A stretch of DNA of 20,000 bases. It comes from an uncultured virus (IMG/VR IMGVR_UViG_3300025108_000034). Lineage: Duplodnaviria; Heunggongvirae; Uroviricota; Caudoviricetes. Made by a program: the position numbers and the translations under genes. The stretch lies in the IMG/VR virus record IMGVR_UViG_3300025108_000034; one strand, 5' to 3'. Below the pieces are notes generated by a model, which searched no databases, was not told the DNA's origin, and was given only the letters and a program-made list of their open reading frames with translations. The first letter of the stretch is position 1. The number at the start of each line of letters is the position of its first letter. Shown here in pieces: positions 8,469 to 15,664 of this stretch.

Positions 8469-8924
8469 ATGAGATCCTCCCATCCCACCGGGCTCCACTT
8501 CCATCGCCGCAACCCAGACCCCCGCAGGGGGAGCCATGGCGACTGCGTGGTCCGCGCCATCACCCTGGCCACTGGCGACCCCTACGACTACGTGTTCCAG
8601 CAGCTCCACCGGCTGATGGAGGGCTTCAACCGCTCAGGCACGCCAAACGGCGGAGTCCCGAACAGCATCTCGAGGCATTGGATGCGCCGCCAGGGCTGGG
8701 AGTGGTATCCCCTTCCGGCGGGAACCATCTTCAAGGCTGCGAACATGCCGGAGCTGTGCATCGCCTCCCAAGCGACTCATCTTGTGCTGGTCGCTAACGG
8801 TTCCATCTGGGACACCTGGGACAGCCGGGGCAAGCGCCAGAAAAAACTCGAGGGTTACCTTGCGCCCCTTGGTGCCGGAGCGACGATCGCCGAGTGGATT
8901 AAAACAGAATGTTGCATCGCTTGA
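8469..8924 (+). CDS. Conserved phage protein, possible papain-like Cys-His-Asp enzyme
   Basis: GDCVVRAITLATG ... THLVLVANG ... IWDTWDS motifs. Confidence 0.7.
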   Translation: MRSSHPTGLHFHRRNPDPRRGSHGDCVVRAITLATGDPYDYVFQQLHRLMEGFNRSGTPNGGVPNSISRHWMRRQGWEWYPLPAGTIFKAANMPELCIASQATHLVLVANGSIWDTWDSRGKRQKKLEGYLAPLGAGATIAEWIKTECCIA

Positions 8925-8949
8925 CAGCCTCGGGTAGCTGATTTAGAAC
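8921..8949 (+). promoter_or_regulatory. Host sigma70-type (early) promoter
   Basis: TTGACA-N17-TAGAAC upstream of ATG 8995. Confidence 0.6.
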
Positions 8950-8994
8950 AGGGACATCAGCAACCCAGACAGACGACCACCCGCACCCAACACC

Positions 8995-9231
8995 ATGACT
9001 ACCACCACCTACAGCCCTCAGGCGATCAACCTCGCAAACTTTGAAATAGGAGTTCAGTTTCACCTTCCTACAGATGACCTTCATTGGATCCCTAACGGAT
9101 TCGAGACAGTCACTTTAGTAGTCGACAGGCAAGACCTGGAAGACGACAAGTACGACACCTTGAGCTGTGCCGCCGAAGCGTGGTGCGACTCAAAAGGATA
9201 CTCCTTCTTTCAATTGATCGAAGAGCCATAG
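8995..9231 (+). CDS. Acidic hypothetical protein
   Basis: ORF lies between a promoter and a terminator. Confidence 0.7.
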   Translation: MTTTTYSPQAINLANFEIGVQFHLPTDDLHWIPNGFETVTLVVDRQDLEDDKYDTLSCAAEAWCDSKGYSFFQLIEEP

Positions 9232-9258
9232 CCAACGAACGAATAACAACCTGCTGAG

Positions 9259-9285
9259 AAGCCCTCAACCCATCGGGGGCTTTTT
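9259..9285 (+). terminator. Rho-independent terminator
   Basis: AAGCCCTC-loop-GGGGGC followed by TTTTT. Confidence 0.75.
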
Positions 9286-9300
9286 AGTGTATGATCTCCT

Positions 9301-9308
9301 GGTAGACT
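9301..9308 (+). promoter_or_regulatory. Putative phage-sigma promoter motif GGTAGACT upstream of nrdJ
   Basis: GGHADMCT match immediately after a terminator and 25 nt before ATG 9334, where a new promoter is required. Confidence 0.55.
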
Positions 9309-9333
9309 ACCTTCACGCAAAAAAAAACATCAC

Positions 9334-11634
9334 ATGTCAGAATTCCGGTCAGAAGCTCCATCAGCAGAAACAGTCTTCTATCGCACTTATAGTCGCAGGA
9401 AAGCAGACGGCACTAGGGAAAACTTCCAAGAGGCTATGACCCGCACGGTCAAAGACCTCGCTCGAATTGGCAACTTCACCGAGCAAGAGACCGCGCACGT
9501 TACAGAGCAAGCTTTGTCTCAGCACGCTTTTCCTTCTGGTCGTGCTTTCTGGGTGGCCGGTACTGACTGGAGTAAAAAGGCTGAAAATTTTAGCGGTTAC
9601 TATAACTGTACCTCCACTCATATTGAAGACCTTGAGGCTTTTGGCTTGCTCGTCGACTTGGCCATGCAAGGGTCTGGGACTGGAGCTGTTTTAGAGGAAA
9701 ACGTTGTTTCAAAATTGCCTCCAATTCTTCGAACATTGCATTTAGAAAGTGTTTCAGAGATAGGAACCGGACTTGGACTAGAAGAAACCAAGATTATTTG
9801 GGATAACAAGAACGTTCATATTCGCGTAGGAGATTCCCGAAAAGGTTGGAAGGATGCGTATATGGCTCTTCTTTCTCAGGCGACTAGAAACTTAGCCGAC
9901 AAAGATTGTTACGTTTATATAGACCTAGGACAAGTCAGGCCTAGTGGCAGGAGACTAAAAGGGTTCGGAGGAACCGCCAATCCGATTAAGCTCCCTAGTT
10001 TATTCGGTAAGGTCATCGATGTCTTGAATGGAGCCACTGGCCGTCAACTGACGACCATTGAAGCCTGCCTTCTAATTGATGAGGCAGCTACTTGTATTGT
10101 GGCTGGCAACATTCGTCGTTCTGCTGGCATGCGTCAGTTTTCGGAAGGTGATTCGGAAGCAGCTACTGCAAAGCTAGGACTTTACTCTCAGGACGAATCA
10201 GGTAATTGGCGGGTGGATCCGAAGAAAGAAGCTCTTCGCATGGCTAACCACACCAGATGCTATCATCGCAAACCCTCTTACGAGGAGGTCGAGGCTGCGG
10301 TTCGCATGCAATTCGAGTCTGGAGAAGGCGCTATTCAGTACGTTCCTGAGGCTATCGCTAGAGCTAATGCTGATCTCCTGAATACAAACACTCGCAAGAA
10401 CACTTTCCTGAGGGCTTATGCGCTTGAGGGAGGTCGTCGCAGCTATGCTGAGAACGTGCTCAGGACCTACTCCGCTATCGACGGTCTTAAGTTGACTGAT
10501 CGCGAGTTTTCACATCGGATGGATCGCTATGGTCTTAATCCCTGTGGAGAGATTATCGGTCGCGATTTCCACTGCAATTTGGCTGAAGTTCACCTCAACA
10601 CTATCGATCCTAACGACCATGAAGCACAAGACGCCGCTTTTTATGCCGCTGGACTTCAGGTCGCTGCGTTATTACAGCATGAGTTCGTCCATGAAAGGTA
10701 TCGGTACAGTCGGGAGATCGATCCAATCGTTGGTGTTTCTTTCACTGGCTTTTTTGATTTCATGGTGCATTCTTGCGGCTACGACTGGCTGAAGTGGATG
10801 ATGGAAGGCCGCGAAGGCAAGAGAGCAACGGACATGTATGAGTCTACTGAGCGTCGCTTCCTAAAACGCTGGCGCAAGGCAGCACATAAGGGAGTTTGCG
10901 ATTATTGTGAGAAGCACGATATCCGACTGCCTAACCGAATCACCACTGTCCAGCCTGCAGGAACCAAGAGCTTGCTTACAGGTGCTAGTAGTGGCTGGCA
11001 TCCTCCCAAGGCTCAAAGGTTTATTCGTCGCATCACTTTGGGTGTTAAAGACCCGCTTGTTCCGGCTTTGATCGAAAAAGGATTTAGTATTATTCCAGCA
11101 CAATCGGCCCGAGACGAAGAAGGAAATCTCCTTGACGATATTGCCGATCCTCGTGTGCAAGAGGTATTGGTAGAAATACCTACCGAAGTAAGCTGGGCGA
11201 ATGTCCCAGGGTGTGACTCATTCGATTTGGCTCAATTGCCAGTAAAGGCTCAATACGGTCTCTATATGCAAGTACAGCGTCACTACACGGATCACAACAC
11301 TTCTGCCACTATCGAGCTAAGGGAGAACGAAATTGAGTCCTTAGCTAAGCTCATTCATGACGACGTCAAAAACGACAATGGCTACATATCTGCCGCTCTT
11401 TTAGCAAGGTTCGACGTTGATGGAGGGACGTTCCCTCGGCTCCCCTTCGAACCAATCGATAAAGAGACTTATCAACGACTCGTCGCCATTCAACAAGCAA
11501 CAGAGTCTGAAGAGCCTTTCCTTGATATACTGAATAAGTATGACTCAGAGGAATGGTCAATCGAATCAGTAGCTGGTTGCACGAACGCAAGCTGTATAGC
11601 CAAAGCAGAAGCGGATGAACGGCAAGGCAAATGA
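9334..11634 (+). CDS. nrdJ: Class II adenosylcobalamin-dependent ribonucleotide reductase (monomeric, cyanobacterial type)
   Basis: FYRTYSRR, PSGR, YYNC, GNIRRSA, GLNPCGEI (thiyl radical Cys), CNLAEVHL, TTVQPAGTKSLL and C-terminal cysteines GCTNASC. Confidence 0.96.
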   Translation: MSEFRSEAPSAETVFYRTYSRRKADGTRENFQEAMTRTVKDLARIGNFTEQETAHVTEQALSQHAFPSGRAFWVAGTDWSKKAENFSGYYNCTSTHIEDLEAFGLLVDLAMQGSGTGAVLEENVVSKLPPILRTLHLESVSEIGTGLGLEETKIIWDNKNVHIRVGDSRKGWKDAYMALLSQATRNLADKDCYVYIDLGQVRPSGRRLKGFGGTANPIKLPSLFGKVIDVLNGATGRQLTTIEACLLIDEAATCIVAGNIRRSAGMRQFSEGDSEAATAKLGLYSQDESGNWRVDPKKEALRMANHTRCYHRKPSYEEVEAAVRMQFESGEGAIQYVPEAIARANADLLNTNTRKNTFLRAYALEGGRRSYAENVLRTYSAIDGLKLTDREFSHRMDRYGLNPCGEIIGRDFHCNLAEVHLNTIDPNDHEAQDAAFYAAGLQVAALLQHEFVHERYRYSREIDPIVGVSFTGFFDFMVHSCGYDWLKWMMEGREGKRATDMYESTERRFLKRWRKAAHKGVCDYCEKHDIRLPNRITTVQPAGTKSLLTGASSGWHPPKAQRFIRRITLGVKDPLVPALIEKGFSIIPAQSARDEEGNLLDDIADPRVQEVLVEIPTEVSWANVPGCDSFDLAQLPVKAQYGLYMQVQRHYTDHNTSATIELRENEIESLAKLIHDDVKNDNGYISAALLARFDVDGGTFPRLPFEPIDKETYQRLVAIQQATESEEPFLDILNKYDSEEWSIESVAGCTNASCIAKAEADERQGK

Positions 11635-11834
11635 GTTGGAACAACGCTCATGTCAACAAGGTCACGTATCCAGATCATCCCGATCTGGAGCAGGCTTTGG
11701 GTAATTTCAGGAACCAATACATTTGGTATCAACAGCAGATCAAGTATCGCAAAACGAGAGGGGTCGATTCGGCTCCAGTCGAAAGCGCTTGGTCTTCTTT
11801 TCTTAAGCTTCGCAAAAAGTACTTCTCCGTTTAA
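11631..11834 (+). CDS. Hypothetical protein
   Basis: ATGA overlap with the nrdJ stop; fills the gap to dcd. Confidence 0.7.
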   Translation: MSWNNAHVNKVTYPDHPDLEQALGNFRNQYIWYQQQIKYRKTRGVDSAPVESAWSSFLKLRKKYFSV

Positions 11835-11843
11835 GGTAAAACC

Positions 11844-12344
11844 GTGGCAACCATTGTTGACTATCAGATCAGAAGACTTTGTCGCACACATGGCATCGTT
11901 GAACCTTTTGATCCAGAAATGGTAAATCCAGCTTCAATAGATGTAGTCCTTGGCCCTATTGTCAAGGTTGAAAACGACAGCGGAGAGTTTACTCCATTCA
12001 ACATCGAAAAAGAAACTTTCTACATGCCCCCTGGATCATTTGTTCTCGCAAGTACTGCTGAATGGATAAGAGTTCCTAATCACATGGAATGTATCTTTCA
12101 TCTCAAGTCATCTCGTGCCAGAGAAGGTTATGAGCACGCTTTCGCTGGCTACTGTGACGCAGGGTTCCAAGGAAATGTCACACTCGAACTCAGCAATTTG
12201 CGACGTTTTAAAGAGCTCCCATTGAGAGCGGGGATGAGAATGGGACAGCTTCGGTTTATGAAGCTAGATAGTACTCCCTTACGCCCTTATTCTCTCACTG
12301 GCCGTTACCAGAACGACGAGGGAGTGCAGGAGAGTAAGGGTTAA
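11844..12344 (+). CDS. dcd: dCTP deaminase (trimeric dUTPase/DCD family)
   Basis: VNPASIDV, LASTAEW, KSSRAREG, AGYCDAGFQGNVTLEL, GMRMGQL and YQN. AAGG RBS before GTG. Confidence 0.93.
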   Translation: MATIVDYQIRRLCRTHGIVEPFDPEMVNPASIDVVLGPIVKVENDSGEFTPFNIEKETFYMPPGSFVLASTAEWIRVPNHMECIFHLKSSRAREGYEHAFAGYCDAGFQGNVTLELSNLRRFKELPLRAGMRMGQLRFMKLDSTPLRPYSLTGRYQNDEGVQESKG

Positions 12345-12352
12345 GGAATCCT
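12345..12352 (+). promoter_or_regulatory. Putative phage-sigma promoter motif GGAATCCT upstream of the portal leader
   Basis: GGHADMCT match 10 nt before the leader hairpin. Confidence 0.5.
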
Positions 12353-12362
12353 AGTAAGGCTA

Positions 12363-12412
12363 GGTAGCGAGACGCGCCTGGGTTAAACATCACTTATGGC
12401 GCGACGCCTACC
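12363..12412 (+). promoter_or_regulatory. Structured 5' leader (long interrupted hairpin) of the portal gene
   Basis: Nested stems GGTAG/CTACC, CGCGCC/GGCGCG and TGGGT/ACTTA. Confidence 0.55.
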
Positions 12413-12427
12413 ATCGCAGCGATTGCT

Positions 12428-13915
12428 ATGTCTCACGGAATCCAACATCCCATCAATGATCCATCACTGGTCAGTTATCATCGTCCAGAACTTGTCAAGC
12501 TGCTTCCTCAACTAGAACAGGCCCATGACTGCTGGACACTTCTCAATGCGGATGGACTCGGAAAATCAAAAGAAAAATACTTGCAACGAGAGCCAGCAGA
12601 ACCCAATGCCGCTTATTTGGCTCGCTTGGATCGATCTACCTACACTCCGATCTATCGTGATTCTATCCGTTCTTATGCTGGTTTGCTGAGTCGCTTCCAA
12701 ATCATCGACGCTCCCCCTAGTATGGAGGCGAATGACGACAACGTTGACCTGCAAGGCTCCAGCATGCAGAGCTTTCTCACTATGGTTGACGAGGCCGTAC
12801 TTCGTGACGGAGGCAGCTTTGTCATGGTGGACATTATGCCAGAAGGCGAGGCTGAAAACTTCTTTGATCAGATGAGCGATGGCCGTCATCCTTATCTCGT
12901 AAGCATTAAACGTGCTGATGTAATTAATTGGAGTATTAGTTATGAGCGAGGATCCGAATCGGTAAATCATGCAACCATTCGACAATTGAGATCCATCCCA
13001 GACCCCGAGGGTCGCTTTGGCTCAAGGATCGAACCTGTTTACTATGTCCTGACGCCTGGAAAAGTAGAGACTTACAAGCTTGTCAAGACTGACGTCAATC
13101 GCTGGGCCAATCAAAAGATAGACGAAGTGTCTACGAGTCTGCCTATTGTCCCTGTCGTTTGGTACGGAGCCACAACTAATAGATTTGCTCAAGGGGATCT
13201 GCCCATGGATGGCTTAGCTGATCTCAGCATTCAACACTTTCAGATGCGCTCCGATCTGGCCGAGTTGCTTCATAAGTGCGCTATGCCTGTTCCTGTAAGG
13301 AAAGGTGCTCCTATAGGCCCTGACGGCAGGCCTGCGCCACTGGTTCTTGGGCCGAACACTGCCGTTGACTTGAACACCGAAGGTGGTGACTTTAGCTTCG
13401 CCGAACCTACAGGCAAATCGCTTGAGCGTCACCAGTCAGAGATTAGACATGTAGAAGAGCTTATGGATCGCAGTTCCTTGAACTTTCTCTATGGGGCTAA
13501 TGTCAAGACAGCCACTGAAGCGTCCCTGAGGGCCTCTCAGGTCACTTCTAGCGTTGCTGCTCTGGTACGGAACAAAAGTGCCATCTTCGGCGTCATCATG
13601 AGGCTCTGGGCGTGGTATGCGGGGGAACGTTCAGCCATTACGAACGAGTCAGGACTTGCTATTAACGACTCTCTGATTAGCAAGCCCCTGGAAGCCTCTG
13701 AAATGGCACAACTTGTAAATCTTTATTCGAATCAATTGCTTTGCAGAAAGACAGTTCTTGACGAATTGCAGCGTGGTGGAGTCCTTGATCCCGACCTAGT
13801 TATTGACGAAGAGATTCAGCGTATCGAAAATGATCAGGAAGACGTGGCCAATCGTGTGGTTAAAACCGAACCACAGGAGCCTGAACCTCTTTCTCCAGAT
13901 GGTATACTGGCATAG
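12428..13915 (+). CDS. Portal protein (DUF4055-type)
   Basis: 495 aa with KYLQREPAEP..AYLARL, NVDLQG, DGGSFVMVD, HPYLVSIKRADVINW, LADLSIQHFQMRSD, FSFAEP, KTATEA and a C-terminal 'TVLDELQRGGVL...IDEEIQRI'. This is the motif series of DUF4055 portals. Confidence 0.88.
   Translation: MSHGIQHPINDPSLVSYHRPELVKLLPQLEQAHDCWTLLNADGLGKSKEKYLQREPAEPNAAYLARLDRSTYTPIYRDSIRSYAGLLSRFQIIDAPPSMEANDDNVDLQGSSMQSFLTMVDEAVLRDGGSFVMVDIMPEGEAENFFDQMSDGRHPYLVSIKRADVINWSISYERGSESVNHATIRQLRSIPDPEGRFGSRIEPVYYVLTPGKVETYKLVKTDVNRWANQKIDEVSTSLPIVPVVWYGATTNRFAQGDLPMDGLADLSIQHFQMRSDLAELLHKCAMPVPVRKGAPIGPDGRPAPLVLGPNTAVDLNTEGGDFSFAEPTGKSLERHQSEIRHVEELMDRSSLNFLYGANVKTATEASLRASQVTSSVAALVRNKSAIFGVIMRLWAWYAGERSAITNESGLAINDSLISKPLEASEMAQLVNLYSNQLLCRKTVLDELQRGGVLDPDLVIDEEIQRIENDQEDVANRVVKTEPQEPEPLSPDGILA
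13901..13908 (+). promoter_or_regulatory. Putative phage-sigma promoter motif GGTATACT
   Basis: GGHADMCT match 25 nt before ATG 13934. Confidence 0.45.
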
Positions 13916-13933
13916 GCTAGTAAAGACTCGAAG

Positions 13934-14182
13934 ATGAAAGGACCTGAAACACCAGAAGTTGTAGCTCGTTTTTCTTTCAAAAAAGATCGAGCTCACGAAT
14001 TTAATGAAGATGGTCGCCAAGTAGTAGAAATGGATAATCTCACTATTGAGGAAGTCATAAAATTCAGCAAAGAGTTCTGTGATTCCCTTGATAACATATG
14101 CATCTTGATTGATGGCAGCGAGGTTGTTTACATGACAGACTATTTATATGAAAGTTCTCAGGAAGGCCTTGAAGGAGTTTAG
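13934..14182 (+). CDS. Acidic hypothetical protein
   Basis: ORF in the packed + strand series after the portal. Confidence 0.7.
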   Translation: MKGPETPEVVARFSFKKDRAHEFNEDGRQVVEMDNLTIEEVIKFSKEFCDSLDNICILIDGSEVVYMTDYLYESSQEGLEGV

Positions 14183-14212
14183 CTGCTACAATCCTGCTGA
14201 CTCATCCTTGCT

Positions 14213-14557
14213 ATGCTTAAAATCAGTAAAAAAGTGCGCTCTCATGGGGGTAGCTTCGTTTACGAAATAATGGCCCCTGTCTGTGTACTTTATGACAGAG
14301 AGGAGCTTCCATGGCCTTCCTGTTCCTTGAGATGGAAAGGGAAACAGCCTTCTTGGAACAGACAAGGTCGGCGATTTGTCCCTGATCTTGCGGCTTCAAG
14401 GTGTCCAGCTTACGCTGTTAAAGCGACTGACTTATGGGGATGTTGCTGGGAGCAAATCCTGATTATGTACGATCAAAGGCTAAGCCGTCAGGAAAAAGAT
14501 TTTTGGTACTGGCGGTACAAACCAAACCAACAACCACCCAATTATGTTGAATTATAA
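14213..14557 (+). CDS. Conserved cyanobacterial-type hypothetical protein (Trp/Cys-rich)
   Basis: DREELPWPSC..W.GKQPSWNR.GRRFVPDLAA.RCPAY resembles a family I recall from cyanobacterial genomes. Extended -10 TGCTACAAT at 14184-14192. Confidence 0.7.
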   Translation: MLKISKKVRSHGGSFVYEIMAPVCVLYDREELPWPSCSLRWKGKQPSWNRQGRRFVPDLAASRCPAYAVKATDLWGCCWEQILIMYDQRLSRQEKDFWYWRYKPNQQPPNYVEL

Positions 14558-14664
14558 CAAGCCTCTTAGAGGGATTGACTGGTCTGCTATCTTTAAGAAG
14601 AGGCCAAGCCTCAATCCTCCAGGCTACAATCAACTACTAGAACAAATCCGACAGGAAAAGTCCA

Positions 14665-14847
14665 ATGGAAAAGATGTTTAACGCTTGCAGGCTTTTGGCT
14701 GATTACATTCAGCAGCTTGAATTGGATGAAGATCTTTACAAAGAGCTAGAATTTCTTCGCAATGAATTCGTGGTCATGCTAAGAGAAGAAGGTAATCAGC
14801 AGGAACTTTTCTCTGATTTCAATCAATCAAATGATTTTACGGCTTGA
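14665..14847 (+). CDS. Small helical hypothetical protein
   Basis: AGGA RBS upstream of the ATG. Confidence 0.65.
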   Translation: MEKMFNACRLLADYIQQLELDEDLYKELEFLRNEFVVMLREEGNQQELFSDFNQSNDFTA

Positions 14848-14907
14848 CGAAAACTTTTTTTTTACAACCAAGATACACGTTCCAATCGCGCCCTCACTCA
14901 ATTCGCT

Positions 14908-15321
14908 GTGGATAAGCTTATTGAGTTCAATAACAATCCAAAGCCCGAGCCTTTTACCGAGACCCAAGGCAATACTACTGTTTCGGTACACATTGACAGG
15001 TTCAATGACGAAGTGACTTTTCAAGTCTTTTTATTCGGTCTTTCAATGTTTGAAGTTTCAGAGCAATGTTTAATTGTACGAAATGGTGGATTCTTTGACT
15101 CAAAAGGTCGTCCGTCTAGAACGACTCGTGAGCGACTAAATGGGCTGCTCGACGCTGCGGGCACTCTTGGGCTTATCCCAGAGGGTGTCCGTGCCTTCTT
15201 GGCTAACAACGGTCAAAAAGACACATGCCTGGTAGGCAAGGCCAGCAATGTTGGCGTCTTAGATGCTCAGTCATCCGATCGAGTGATTGCTCGAAACAAA
15301 GATCAGCTTTTGATTTTTTAG
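14908..15321 (+). CDS. Hypothetical phage protein (NGG...TTRERLN motif)
   Basis: The motif resembles a recurrent uncharacterised phage family. Start codon uncertain. Confidence 0.7.
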   Translation: MDKLIEFNNNPKPEPFTETQGNTTVSVHIDRFNDEVTFQVFLFGLSMFEVSEQCLIVRNGGFFDSKGRPSRTTRERLNGLLDAAGTLGLIPEGVRAFLANNGQKDTCLVGKASNVGVLDAQSSDRVIARNKDQLLIF

Positions 15322-15327
15322 TAATCA

Positions 15328-15335
15328 GGTATCCT
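15328..15335 (+). promoter_or_regulatory. Putative phage-sigma promoter motif GGTATCCT immediately upstream of the riboswitch-like RNA
   Basis: GGHADMCT match ending 9 nt before P1, consistent with a -10 element. Confidence 0.55.
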
Positions 15336-15344
15336 GAAGGTAAG

Positions 15345-15406
15345 CGTTGAGCTGTAGTGCATACTATTGCTGCAGACCGATCTGGAGGGAGCAACGGACC
15401 TTTAGA
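15345..15406 (+). ncRNA. Glutamine-II (Downstream-peptide)-like riboswitch
   Basis: P1 CGTTG(15345-49)/CAACG(15392-96); P2 CTGTAGTG(15352-59)/TGCTGCAG(15368-75); pseudoknot TCTGGAGG(15381-88)/CCTTTAGA(15399-406). It sits in the 5' UTR of a YRG-motif peptide gene. Confidence 0.75.
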
Positions 15407-15424
15407 CACTGTGGAGTAATCCCG

Positions 15425-15598
15425 ATGAACACTTTAAATTTGATTCGTAACGGTCTCAAAAAGAAAATTCGCTTAAACCAAGCTCAGTTTTATTTGAGCA
15501 AGGCCTATCGCGGAATCGACTACACGTCAGCCCATCAAGCTCCAACTTTAGACAATCCGGCTGGCTACAAATACAGGGGGATTGATTATAAAAAGTAG
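15425..15598 (+). CDS. YRG-motif (DUF4278-like) small protein, 57 aa
   Basis: GGAG RBS at 15413-15416; MNTLNLIRNGLKKKIRLNQAQFYLSKAYRGIDYTSAHQAPTLDNPAGYKYRGIDYKK* contains two YRGIDY motifs. Confidence 0.85.
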   Translation: MNTLNLIRNGLKKKIRLNQAQFYLSKAYRGIDYTSAHQAPTLDNPAGYKYRGIDYKK

Positions 15599-15664
15599 GA
15601 ACCCTGTCCGGTATTGCTAACAAGTGATCCGAAGCACCCAATCAAGAGGCAAACTGAATAGAGA

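Noticed and set aside
8007..8572. Minus-strand ORFs here, and others such as 292..699, 3529..4385, 11490..11891, 12566..12985 and 18874..19242
   Set aside because: They are antisense shadows of well-supported + strand genes, with no recognisable motifs.
9232..9333. Cobalamin riboswitch upstream of nrdJ
   Set aside because: The gap is short, is occupied by a terminator and a promoter motif, and has no B12-box.
967..11634. Inteins or introns in terL, dnaG or nrdJ
   Set aside because: Lengths are normal, motifs are contiguous, and there are no splice-junction or homing endonuclease signatures.
14665..14847. NblA phycobilisome-degradation protein
   Set aside because: The size and helicity fit, but the L(S/T)LEQxF motif is absent.
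14844..14863. TTGACG followed by AAAAC(T)9 as a promoter or origin-related repeat
   Set aside because: There is no -10 at 16-18 nt. A single low-complexity copy similar to the 19792 repeats could be chance.
15347..15424. N-terminal extension of the YRG ORF in the track (MSCSAYYCC...)
   Set aside because: This is the riboswitch-like leader, and a GGAG RBS supports ATG 15425.
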